A DNA stretch of 64,000 nucleotides, taken from positions 56,810-120,809 of the forward strand of contig JAFGHI010000021.1 of NCBI GenBank assembly GCA_016930235.1. The letters are read 5' to 3'. Source of the stretch: Candidatus Omnitrophota bacterium. Lineage in GTDB: Bacteria; Omnitrophota; Omnitrophia; Omnitrophales; Aquincolibacteriaceae. The notes beneath the pieces are model-generated. The model was given only the letters and a program-made list of their open reading frames with translations, did no database searches and was not told the origin of the DNA. The position numbers were made by a program, and so were the translations under genes. Below, piece by piece: positions 47,457 through 57,007 of the stretch; within the stretch, counting starts at the first letter, position 1, and every line of letters starts with the position of its first letter.

Positions 47457-48156
47457 AATCTGGCGTATACCAAAAAGGAAGTATCTTTGATCTCATCTTA
47501 GCAAGATCGGATTGTTTTAATTCGTCAATCGTAACACTATTTTCCAGTCGGAATTGGCCGCTGCGAACGCGCCTCAACTCCGCTAACGTCGCACAACAAC
47601 CTAAGGCTTCTCCTAAATCATTGACGAGTGTTCTTAAATAAGTTCCTTTCGAAACACTCGCCTGAAAATGAATAAAGGGACCTTCTTTTTTCTCCATATC
47701 AAAATTTTGAACGACCACTTTCCGTTCCTGGCGGGGCACATCCATCCCTTTTCGGGCCAGTTTGTACAGCCGGACACCCTTGTGTTTCAAAGCCGAAACC
47801 ATCGGCGGAACCTGAAGGATCTCACCTGTGAAATCCTGAGCTTTCCGGCGGACATCTTCCAAGGCAATATGCTCCCAAGGAGCCGTTTGGATCACTTTTC
47901 CCTGGCGATCATGGGAATCCGTCTTAACCCCTAATTCCATCACGCCACGGTATTCTTTATCACACGAACTAAGGGCAATTGAATGCTTTGTGGCCCTTCC
48001 TAAAAGAAGTACCAATAACCCCGTCGCTAAAGGGTCCAGGGTCCCCGCATGACCGACCTTCTTGATCTTATAACGCCTTTTGACAAAGGCGCAGACATCA
48101 TGTGAAGTCCAATCTTTCGGTTTATCGACAACTAAAATACCATCGATCGAATTCAT
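47434..48156 (-). CDS. truB: tRNA pseudouridine(55) synthase
   Basis: GILVVDKPKDWTSHDV and the catalytic Asp in HAGTLDPLATGLL are present. The start at MNSIDG overlaps nrnA in an ATGA motif. Confidence 0.85.
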   Translation of the reverse strand: MNSIDGILVVDKPKDWTSHDVCAFVKRRYKIKKVGHAGTLDPLATGLLVLLLGRATKHSIALSSCDKEYRGVMELGVKTDSHDRQGKVIQTAPWEHIALEDVRRKAQDFTGEILQVPPMVSALKHKGVRLYKLARKGMDVPRQERKVVVQNFDMEKKEGPFIHFQASVSKGTYLRTLVNDLGEALGCCATLAELRRVRSGQFRLENSVTIDELKQSDLAKMRSKILPFWYTPDYAYRSGS

Positions 48157-49136
48157 TCTATTGCCATTTCCTCGTGGATTCGCTTTAAGATGACTTTCTG
48201 AGCCTCTTCGATCGTTGCCCGGAAAGCACACCCGGAAGCCTTCCGATGGCCTCCTCCTCCAAACGCTGTTGCAATCTTATTCACATCACATTCCCCTTTT
48301 GAACGAAAAGAAACCTTCACGAAAGGAACCTCCTTTTGTTCCATTAGGGTAAAGGCGATTTTGACCTCTTTCAAATATCTCAAAAAATCCACAAACCCTT
48401 CAGTATCCTCATCACTCGCCTTTAACTCTTCCAAGTCACGTCTTTTGATCCAGCTCCACGCGATAGCACCTTTTGCATCTATTTGGACACGCGAAAGTAA
48501 CCGGCCAAAAAGGTTTATTTTTTTAAGTGAGTACGTTGAATATAGTTCTTCATTAAGCTTTTCAAGGGGAATACCAATGTTAATGAGTTCGGACGCCCGC
48601 CGATGTGTCTGGGCTGTCGTGTTCCCGTATTTAAATGACCCCGTATCCGTGGATATCGCAACGTAAAGATCCCGGGCCTCTTCCTTTGAGATGGAAATTT
48701 TAAGAGCATGAAAAAGCATCATGACCACTTCCCCTGTTGCAGAAGCTTGAGGCCGAACAAAATTATAATCACCGAAAAAATCATTGCTGATATGGTGATC
48801 AAAGTTGAATACAACAGTTTCAGGCCCTATAAATTGTTTCACAGACCCTATCCGGTCAAGATTGGGGCAATCAACAACAATCGCTGACTCAAAAAGAGTT
48901 GCCTTGGTTAAGTCTTTCGGAAGATTCCATTTCTTTGACGAAAGGCACGTCAATCTTTCCGGAAAAGGATCCTCGCATACAACCGTCGTGTTTTTACCGA
49001 GCCTCCTTAAGAGAGAATCGAGCGCCAGAAGACTTCCGATAGCATCTCCTTCCGGAGCAACATGGCAGGAAAGAAGATAACGGTCGTACTTCTTAAGGGC
49101 TGCACAAATCCTTCCAAGAGAGTGATTCTTCTTCAA
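48153..49136 (-). CDS. nrnA: DHH/DHHA1 phosphoesterase NrnA (nanoRNase / pAp phosphatase)
   Basis: It has the DHH motif (FDHHISN) and the DHHA1 motif GGGHRKASG. Confidence 0.75.
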   Translation of the reverse strand: MKKNHSLGRICAALKKYDRYLLSCHVAPEGDAIGSLLALDSLLRRLGKNTTVVCEDPFPERLTCLSSKKWNLPKDLTKATLFESAIVVDCPNLDRIGSVKQFIGPETVVFNFDHHISNDFFGDYNFVRPQASATGEVVMMLFHALKISISKEEARDLYVAISTDTGSFKYGNTTAQTHRRASELINIGIPLEKLNEELYSTYSLKKINLFGRLLSRVQIDAKGAIAWSWIKRRDLEELKASDEDTEGFVDFLRYLKEVKIAFTLMEQKEVPFVKVSFRSKGECDVNKIATAFGGGGHRKASGCAFRATIEEAQKVILKRIHEEMAIE

Positions 49137-49169
49137 AACTGTTCCCCTTAAAATTAGAAATTTATCGAT

Positions 49170-49526
49170 CTAGGACATCTCTCCCTTATCTTTCAGGTCC
49201 TTCAAAACGCGATCGATTTCAAAACCTTTTTCAATAGACGGGTCATAGGAGAATGTGAGTTTTGGGGTATTTTTCATCTGAAGGGCTTTCCCGATTTCGC
49301 GCTGGAGAAAACCAGCCGCCCGCTCTAAAACCTGTTGGGTTTCTTTTCTTTCTTTCGCATCACCAAATCGTGAATAAAAAACCCTGGCGGATTTTAGATC
49401 CGGACTTACATTAACATGGGTAATCGTCACAAATCCTAGTCGGGGGTCTTTGATCTTGTGCAGAACAAGTTTCCCCAGTTCCATTTGGAGCAAATGCCCA
49501 ACACGATCCGTACGTTTTCCTTGCAT
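49170..49526 (-). CDS. rbfA: ribosome-binding factor A
   Basis: A 118-aa protein with RVGHLLQMELGKLV and KH-like RbfA blocks. Confidence 0.85.
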   Translation of the reverse strand: MQGKRTDRVGHLLQMELGKLVLHKIKDPRLGFVTITHVNVSPDLKSARVFYSRFGDAKERKETQQVLERAAGFLQREIGKALQMKNTPKLTFSYDPSIEKGFEIDRVLKDLKDKGEMS

Positions 49527-49559
49527 GGGTTCGTCACCGCTTTTTCGAAGTAGGTCAAT

Positions 49560-51674
49560 TTAAAGTTTTGATGCCATTCTTTCAAGGCGGTAGGATTCAA
49601 TCACATCGTTCTCACGAAGATCATCAAAACCATCCATAGCAATGCCGCATTCATATCCTTGAGCAACATCCCTGACATCATCTTTGAACCGTTTCAAGCT
49701 TGAAAGCTTCCCGTCAAAAACAACAATATGGTCACGAATCACCCGGGCCTTGTTGTTACGTATGACTTTCCCCTTCACCACAATCCCCCCACCGATCGTC
49801 CCCACTTTAGAACTTTTGAAAATCTTACGAATCTGAGCTTTTCCTTCAATAACTTCCTGGTAGGTGGGCTCCAAGAGACCTTCCATAGCTTTGCGGACAT
49901 CTTCAACCACCTCGTAAATGATATTATAAAAGCGTAAATCGACCCCCTCTTTTTCAGCAATAGATTGCGCTTTAGGATCAGCTTTAACATGAAACCCAAG
50001 GACAATCGCATCCGAAGCGGTGGCCAGCATAACATCGGATTCATTAATGCCTCCCATCCCGCTGTGGATCACCCGCACCCGGCATTTATCCGTACTCAAC
50101 TTTTCAAGAGATTGGGTCAAGGCTTCCGCTGAACCTTGAACATCAGCTTTAATGATCATTTTCAATTCCTTGAAATTCCCCTCGGATATCCGTTCATAGA
50201 GATCTTCCAAAGAAAGATGCTTATGAGCTCCGCTCATTTCCCTCTCACGTTTTTCAAGTTCTCTTTGGCGTGTAATTTCGCGTGCTACCTTTTCGGAATT
50301 TACTTGAAACAATTCCTCGCCGGCCTCAGGCACACCGTTCAGTCCGCTGACTTCTACAGCATAAGAAGGAGCCGCTTCGCGCACCGATTTCCCTAAATCA
50401 TTCCGAAGGGCACGAATACGCCCCATATAAGACCCACAGACAATAATATCTCCAACATGCAATGTTCCGGTTTGAACCAACACAGTCGCTACCGGACCGC
50501 TCCCTTTCGATATATGGCTCTCGACAACCGTCCCTTTTGCTGACCGGTCCGGATTTGCTTTAAGTTCTAATATCTCTGATTCAAGGAGAAGCATCTCGAG
50601 CAACATCTCAATCCCTTTACCCGTTTTTGCAGAAACTTCGACGCAGATGGTCTTGCCCCCCCATACCTCCGGAACCAAATCAATTTTCTGGAGCTGCATC
50701 ATAACCTTTTGCACATTCGCTGCCGGAAGATCCACCTTGTTGATAGCAACAACCATGGGACAACCGGCCTCACGGGCATGACTGATAGCTTCAATCGTTT
50801 GTGGCATAATTCCATCATCAGCTGCCACCACCAAGACAACCACATCCGTCACATTAGCCCCTCGGGCCCGCATCGCCGTAAACGCTTCATGCCCCGGAGT
50901 ATCAACGAAAGTAACGTGCCCTTTCCCCGGAATGTCAACACCGTAAGCCCCAATATGCTGCGTAATCGCACCCTTTTCTCTAGCAGCAACATTGGTTTTC
51001 CGGATCGCATCTAAAAGAGATGTTTTCCCATGGTCCACATGGCCCATCATGGTAACAACGGGAGGACGGAGTTTTAATTTTTTAGGGTCTTCATCTTCAG
51101 GAAGCCCGGAAACAATCTTTTCAGCAACGCTTTCTGCCTTTTTCACAGATAGACCTAGCTGTTTAGCTACCTTAAAAACAATCTCTTCATTGAGGAGATG
51201 ATTGACATTCGCAAAAATTCCTATCCCCATTAACGATTTGATTAATTCCGGAATCTTGATCTTGAATAAATCGGCAAGATTCCCTACGGTTACCGGAATC
51301 GGAATCGGAATCACGTTTTTTTCTTCGTCTTGCTTTTTTTCTTCCTTCTGCAACCCCGCTTGAAGAGGTTCTTCGCCTTCCTCCGATTCCTTTTCCATTG
51401 CTTGTGGAGCTTCCTTCGGGGAAGCGGGGCGGGCGGGTTCAGCCTTAGCTTTCTCTTTTTTCAAAGGCGCTTTTTTTATTTTGCCTTTTTCTTGCTTCTC
51501 TTCTTTTTTGGCTTCGGGAATTATCTTTTTGGCTTCAGGTTTTGTCAGCCCATCGACCATGGCATCATCCACAAGCGACATATGGTTTTTAACATCACCG
51601 CCCATCTTTTTTATTTGGGCGATAAGTTCTTTGCTTGTTATCCCTAATTCTTTTGCCAGTTCGTGGACACGCAT
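49560..51674 (-). CDS. infB: translation initiation factor IF-2
   Basis: A K/E-rich N-terminus is followed by a GTPase domain with G1 [10 protein letters not shown]3 DTPGHEAF and G4 NKVD. Confidence 0.95.
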   Translation of the reverse strand: MRVHELAKELGITSKELIAQIKKMGGDVKNHMSLVDDAMVDGLTKPEAKKIIPEAKKEEKQEKGKIKKAPLKKEKAKAEPARPASPKEAPQAMEKESEEGEEPLQAGLQKEEKKQDEEKNVIPIPIPVTVGNLADLFKIKIPELIKSLMGIGIFANVNHLLNEEIVFKVAKQLGLSVKKAESVAEKIVSGLPEDEDPKKLKLRPPVVTMMGHVDHGKTSLLDAIRKTNVAAREKGAITQHIGAYGVDIPGKGHVTFVDTPGHEAFTAMRARGANVTDVVVLVVAADDGIMPQTIEAISHAREAGCPMVVAINKVDLPAANVQKVMMQLQKIDLVPEVWGGKTICVEVSAKTGKGIEMLLEMLLLESEILELKANPDRSAKGTVVESHISKGSGPVATVLVQTGTLHVGDIIVCGSYMGRIRALRNDLGKSVREAAPSYAVEVSGLNGVPEAGEELFQVNSEKVAREITRQRELEKREREMSGAHKHLSLEDLYERISEGNFKELKMIIKADVQGSAEALTQSLEKLSTDKCRVRVIHSGMGGINESDVMLATASDAIVLGFHVKADPKAQSIAEKEGVDLRFYNIIYEVVEDVRKAMEGLLEPTYQEVIEGKAQIRKIFKSSKVGTIGGGIVVKGKVIRNNKARVIRDHIVVFDGKLSSLKRFKDDVRDVAQGYECGIAMDGFDDLRENDVIESYRLERMASKL

Positions 51675-51683
51675 AGGAATACT

Positions 51684-52832
51684 TTACTCTTTCTTACCTG
51701 TATCTTTTTCATCTTTTTGAAGAATAGCTTTATGAGCGGCCGCAATGATTTTTTCTGCTGATTTTTCGCCAATCCCCGGGATTTTCGTCAAATCCTCGAC
51801 GGAAGCCTTAAGAAGATCTTTCAAACTCTGGATCCCATGTTCGCGTAAAAGGTCCGCCGTTTTTCCTCCGACACCTTCCAAAGCATCGAGCGGCACTCTC
51901 TGGCTCATACTTCTTACATCTAACCGCCAACCGATTAATTTGGAAGCCAACCGGACATTTTGCCCTTTTTTCCCGATAGCCAAAGACAATTGATCATCCT
52001 GGACAAGGATGTTGGCAGACTCCTCTTCCTTACGGAGATGGATTTCTGCAAGTTCAGCCGGAGCCATTGCATTACGGATATAAGTTTCCAAATCGCTGCT
52101 GAAACGGATAATATCGATCTTTTCTCCACCTAGCTCGCGAACAATGTTTTTTACCCTTTGTCCACGTATACCGACACAAGAGCCGACACAATCAATTTTG
52201 TCATCATTGGAAGTCACGGCTATCTTGGAACGGGCCCCCGCTTCCCTGACAACTCCCCGAATTTGTACAATACCCTCGCGGATTTCAGGAACTTCCCCTT
52301 CAAATAAAACGCTCACCAATCCTGCATGAGCCCGGGACAAAATAATTTCCGGTCCTTTTGGGGTTTTTTTCACTTCCAAGACATAAGCCCGGATCAAATC
52401 GCCCTGTCGGTAATGGTCTTGAGGGGACTGCTCTCTGGCCGGAAGGATGCCCTCGGTCTTTCCTAAATCAACGATGATGGCTTTCTTTTCGATACGGTGA
52501 ACGGTCCCGGTCACAATATCGTGCAACCGCTTCGTGTATTCGTCAAAAATGGACTCGCGCTCCGCTTCTCTAATCTTCTGGATGATCACCTGTTTAGCCG
52601 TCTGTGCGGCAATTCGCCCGAAATCAACATCATCCACTTCTTCCCCATTCTTTAATAAGCGGATATCACAAGTAATAGGGTCCACTTTAATCTCAATGTC
52701 TTCCCCTTGGGAACCGTAGGTCTTTCGGCAGGCTGAGATCAAAGCTTGCCTGAGGGCTTCCAAAAGAACTTCTTTGGTGATACCCTTTTCTTTCTCGATA
52801 TACTCCAGTGAAGACTTCAGCTCTTGATTCAT
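51684..52832 (-). CDS. nusA: transcription termination/antitermination factor NusA
   Basis: The S1 domain and two KH domains carry GKKGQNVRLASKL, with a C-terminal HhH region. Confidence 0.9.
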   Translation of the reverse strand: MNQELKSSLEYIEKEKGITKEVLLEALRQALISACRKTYGSQGEDIEIKVDPITCDIRLLKNGEEVDDVDFGRIAAQTAKQVIIQKIREAERESIFDEYTKRLHDIVTGTVHRIEKKAIIVDLGKTEGILPAREQSPQDHYRQGDLIRAYVLEVKKTPKGPEIILSRAHAGLVSVLFEGEVPEIREGIVQIRGVVREAGARSKIAVTSNDDKIDCVGSCVGIRGQRVKNIVRELGGEKIDIIRFSSDLETYIRNAMAPAELAEIHLRKEEESANILVQDDQLSLAIGKKGQNVRLASKLIGWRLDVRSMSQRVPLDALEGVGGKTADLLREHGIQSLKDLLKASVEDLTKIPGIGEKSAEKIIAAAHKAILQKDEKDTGKKE

Positions 52833-52861
52833 TGGTAACTTCCCCTCAAACTCTTCTGAAA

Positions 52862-52890
52862 ATAAAAAAGTGGGCTAACTGCCCACTTCT
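52862..52890 (-). terminator. intrinsic terminator upstream of nusA, ending the preceding gene
   Basis: GTGGGC-agtta-GCCCAC is followed on the minus strand by TTTTTT. Confidence 0.6.
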
Positions 52891-53052
52891 TCTCAACCTC
52901 CAGATTTTCCGATTTCGTAGCACGTTATTATACGTAAACCCCTGATTCTGTCAAGGGTTCCGACAAATCCTAGGGGCAAATAAAAACCCCCAAAGCCCTA
53001 CCTTCGAGCTCTGGGGGTATTCTGTAATTCTATTAATATGAATAGGTTATGG

Positions 53053-53667
53053 CTATTTACCTGTCTCGTTTAAATCCTTTTCAAGGAACTCCCTAAGGTC
53101 TCCTAATATCCTCGCAACATCGCCCCCGGGGTTCTGAGCGAGAATCTGCCCGATTTTCTCTTTGGCGGCCTGAATTTTCTCTGTATCGTGCTTGATTCTC
53201 CGGATAATCTTATTCACTTCAACCGCTGTTTCATGAAAAAAATCACCTTCCCGGAGACGCACGGGAACCGGAATCTCCTTGCTTGCACCACGGTTCATCC
53301 GGATGAAGATCTGCCTAAAACGGTAAACCGGTCCGGCAACGCGATGCAGGAAGAAAATCCCAAATGTTCCAAGGACCATCAAAGAGGCAAATAAAATCAG
53401 GGAAATCCTCAAAATCAGCTGATATTGCACTTCCCCTAATACCTCGATGGGGTTGATCTTGCCAAACCGGAAACCTCCTCCAAAAGCGGCCTCCCGTATT
53501 GTTTCATGAACGACAAAACCAATCGCAAGCCCCGATACAATTAGGAGCCCAAGCACAACCATGGTAAATTCACGTTGCATCGGCCTGTGAATAAGAACGT
53601 TACGGACACGCCTTTTATAAGGTCGGGTCCCCTCCTGCGCTTGATTTTCGATATTTTCCTGATTCAT
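53053..53667 (-). CDS. hypothetical two-TM membrane protein with a HAMP-like linker
   Basis: The architecture is TM1, a short loop, TM2, then an amphipathic segment (HRVAGPVYRFRQIFIRMNRGA) and a coiled coil. There is no output domain. Confidence 0.3.
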   Translation of the reverse strand: MNQENIENQAQEGTRPYKRRVRNVLIHRPMQREFTMVVLGLLIVSGLAIGFVVHETIREAAFGGGFRFGKINPIEVLGEVQYQLILRISLILFASLMVLGTFGIFFLHRVAGPVYRFRQIFIRMNRGASKEIPVPVRLREGDFFHETAVEVNKIIRRIKHDTEKIQAAKEKIGQILAQNPGGDVARILGDLREFLEKDLNETGK

Positions 53668-53697
53668 AACGATGTCTCCTGTGATTAGAAACTTGTT

Positions 53698-56600
53698 TTA
53701 TGTTGATAAATTTTTTCTGTCAACTCCAATCGATTCACGAACTCTTAAGACCCATCCCCGATTTTTCGCAAAGTCTTTGGCTCTCCCTGTCAATTCTTCA
53801 GAAATTAAAATAAAATGAGGGAGAATGAAAAGCGTTAAAAACGTAGAACTTAAAAGTCCGCCGATCACAGTGATCGCAAGCGGTGACCATAAATCGCTGG
53901 ATTGTCCCCATTTTAAGGCCATCGGCAAAAAACCAAAAACCGTCGAAAATGTCGTCATCAAAATCGGTCGCAACCGGTCACATCCCGCATGGACTAGAAT
54001 TTCCCGTTCTGTCGCGCCCTCCGTTTTTAAATGATTCATACGGTCTACCAAAATAATAGCAGCGTTAACAACATACCCCGCAAGCAAAATCATGCCGATA
54101 AAAACCTGCTGGCTCAAGGGGGTTTTAGTAATGACCAAGGCAACCCAAATCCCGACGCCGGCCATCGGGACCGAAATCATCACAAGCAAAGGCTGAATAT
54201 AACTTTGGAAAAGACAGGCCAGTACCATATAAACGAGGAAAATCGTAAGAATAAGTGCCAGAGTAAGTTCTGACTTCCCCTTCATCAACTCTTCGTAAGC
54301 CCCTCCAAAACGCCAATAATAATCATCCGGCATTTCTACTCCGGTAAGAGATTCTTTGACTTCGCGAGCTATCGCTTCAAGCGGCCTCTTTGTATCCCCC
54401 TTCACAAAGACGTAACGATATTTATCTTTCCGATCGATTGTTTGCGGTCCTACAGACGGATAAAAATTGGCAATCTCCCCTAATGGGATTTGAGTCCCCG
54501 ATTTAGTGGCAATGTGAATAAGCTTCAAATCCTCGATCTTTTGCCGGTAAATCGCCTGAAGACGGGTAATCGTCTCAATTTCCTCTCCCTTTGATAATTC
54601 ATGAAACTTTGTCGGGCGCATTCCTCTCACTTGAGCATGCATCGAATCGGCAACGTCACTAACCGTCAAGCCATAGAGAGCTGCACGCCCTTTATCGACA
54701 ACCAAAGAATATTCAGGCCTTTTCCTGAGGTCTGTCATCACTAAATTGATCAAACCCGGAACCTTGGACATACGATTAGCAAACTCAAGCGCAAGCTTTT
54801 CCAACACATCATTTTCATGACCGAAAATATTAACAATCAATTTCTTTTGTTCGCTTGAACTTGCCCCTTCATCAACAATTAAACTGTAATCATCGTGTAT
54901 TTCTTTGATGGCTTCATTGCCTTTCTCATCCACAATCTGCATAATTTCATCTTTGGAGAATTGACGTTCTTTGCTCGGTTTTAAACGGACGAAAATCTTG
55001 ACATCATCTTTCCGCACCGTTGAAGAAAACATCTCAACGTCCGAAATTTTTGAAAGAATATTTTCCAATCTTTTCACAGCGTCATCATTCGTATCCAGCT
55101 TTGCACCTGCCAACGGGAACACAACTATCGCAAATTCATTTTCTTGAAGGGTCGTCGGCCAATCCATATCCCTTTTCTTTAACATTCCTATGGAACCTAA
55201 GGTAATCATCGCAATTAAACCCATGGCGATCGAACGTTGAAGTAAACTCCGGCTCAAGGTCCATGCAATAACATAACGGTAGACACCAGGAACTAAGAGA
55301 AAACCAAAAACGGAAAAAACGATCCCAAAAGCAATGAAAGTCAAAATAGAGCCCCAGAAAACACCTTTCATCAACACCCCTTGCCAGAAAGAGATAAGGA
55401 GAATAAAAATAAATGCGCCGGCCGCGATCCGAAAAAGTCTTCGGTGCTTGCCCGGAAAATAATCCCTTAACCAAATCAATCTGCTCCGCCACCAATCGCC
55501 CAAGGAAGTCGGTTTGATTTCGATCTTGCCTTGAGCCCAACTGGTTAAAAGCATAGGCACGAGCATCTGAGCAACAAAAAATGATGCGATCAGAGAAGCG
55601 CAAACAGTAAACGCAAAACCCGCATAAACAATTTGGATTTTCTTGTCGATGAAAACAACGGGCAAGAAAACAATCAGCGTCGTAATGAGCGAGGCCAATA
55701 AAGGCAACCATACTTCTTCAGCCCCCTGACGGATTGCAATGATATCATTAGCTCCATGCTCCTTTTTGGTAAAAACATTTTCCAATATCACAACAGTACT
55801 GTCGACAAGGATTCCCACTGCTAATGCCAATCCGCTCAAAGTCATCACGTTAATGCTGATCCCCATAAACTTCATAAAGAAAAAGGTGCAAACAACAGAT
55901 GCGGGGATAGAAATCAAAACAATAAGAGCAAGAACCATTTGCCTCAAAAATAAATAAATAATCGCAATGGCAAGAAACATCCCAATAAAAAGTGCCGTTC
56001 GAACATCATGGATAGCGCGGGAAATCATCTCCGCCTTGTCTGAAACAACAATAATGTCCAGGGCATCCTTGTATTCTTTCTCAAAATCATCTAAGACCTG
56101 GCGGGTCATCTTAATCACCGGAATGGTATTCGATAAACTTGTCTTCTTAATGTAGACCGTAACATTTTGCTCGAGATTCAAACGGGCATAATCGGCAGGT
56201 TCGAGATATGAATCCTTGATCACCGCTATTTCTTTTAGCGGGATAATAGACCCCTGTCTCGTTGCATGAACACCTAGCTCCCCAACCTCTTCAACACTTT
56301 CAAAAGCACCCATGCTACGGACAGCAATCTCGAACTTCCCCCGGTCGAAACTCCCCGCCAGAAGATTGATATTGCTTTGCCCAAGGATATCCATCACCTT
56401 CCCAATGGGAATGTTATAAGCCACCATCTTGTCCCGATCTAATTCAACCAGGATTTTCCTCTCCCGGCCGCCGTAAACTTCAACGCTCGCAACCCCATCC
56501 ACTCGTGCAAGAACCGGTTTTAATTCTGTCTCTACTAAATCCCGAACCTCTTCAGGAGACAAACTCTCCGAGGTCAACGCAAAAACAAAAACAGCGGCTT

Positions 56601-57006
56601 GCGCATCGTCATAATTAGCTATCACCGGTTTTTCGATTTCTCGCGGCAAGAGTGGCCGCACACGAGCAAACTTTTCACGAACTTCAAGAGCTGCAAATTT
56701 CATGTTGGTTCCCGGCTCAAATTCCATAGTGACTCGGGATTCTGCTTCGCGGGAATTGGAGTAAAGGTTCTTAAGATGTGAGACTGTCGCTGTGACTTCT
56801 TCGACCAAGCGGGTAATTCTTTTTTCAACCTCTAACGGGGGAAGACCTCCTCGAGCACGGATAATGATGCTGATAATCCCGGTATTCTGCCCTTGGTAAA
56901 GCTCAACAGGAAGGCGTGAAAGGGATATAAGCCCCATGATAATAAGGCCCAGAAAAACCATCGCGGTTAAAACAGGCCTTCGAATGGAAAAAGATGGCAA
57001 TCCCAT
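53698..57006 (-). CDS. RND efflux transporter permease (second of a tandem pair, MdtC-like position)
   Basis: About 1100 aa with 12 TM helices. The start at MGLPSFSIRRPV lies 1 nt after the upstream RND stop. Confidence 0.85.
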   Translation of the reverse strand: MGLPSFSIRRPVLTAMVFLGLIIMGLISLSRLPVELYQGQNTGIISIIIRARGGLPPLEVEKRITRLVEEVTATVSHLKNLYSNSREAESRVTMEFEPGTNMKFAALEVREKFARVRPLLPREIEKPVIANYDDAQAAVFVFALTSESLSPEEVRDLVETELKPVLARVDGVASVEVYGGRERKILVELDRDKMVAYNIPIGKVMDILGQSNINLLAGSFDRGKFEIAVRSMGAFESVEEVGELGVHATRQGSIIPLKEIAVIKDSYLEPADYARLNLEQNVTVYIKKTSLSNTIPVIKMTRQVLDDFEKEYKDALDIIVVSDKAEMISRAIHDVRTALFIGMFLAIAIIYLFLRQMVLALIVLISIPASVVCTFFFMKFMGISINVMTLSGLALAVGILVDSTVVILENVFTKKEHGANDIIAIRQGAEEVWLPLLASLITTLIVFLPVVFIDKKIQIVYAGFAFTVCASLIASFFVAQMLVPMLLTSWAQGKIEIKPTSLGDWWRSRLIWLRDYFPGKHRRLFRIAAGAFIFILLISFWQGVLMKGVFWGSILTFIAFGIVFSVFGFLLVPGVYRYVIAWTLSRSLLQRSIAMGLIAMITLGSIGMLKKRDMDWPTTLQENEFAIVVFPLAGAKLDTNDDAVKRLENILSKISDVEMFSSTVRKDDVKIFVRLKPSKERQFSKDEIMQIVDEKGNEAIKEIHDDYSLIVDEGASSSEQKKLIVNIFGHENDVLEKLALEFANRMSKVPGLINLVMTDLRKRPEYSLVVDKGRAALYGLTVSDVADSMHAQVRGMRPTKFHELSKGEEIETITRLQAIYRQKIEDLKLIHIATKSGTQIPLGEIANFYPSVGPQTIDRKDKYRYVFVKGDTKRPLEAIAREVKESLTGVEMPDDYYWRFGGAYEELMKGKSELTLALILTIFLVYMVLACLFQSYIQPLLVMISVPMAGVGIWVALVITKTPLSQQVFIGMILLAGYVVNAAIILVDRMNHLKTEGATEREILVHAGCDRLRPILMTTFSTVFGFLPMALKWGQSSDLWSPLAITVIGGLLSSTFLTLFILPHFILISEELTGRAKDFAKNRGWVLRVRESIGVDRKNLST

Positions 57007-57007
57007 C

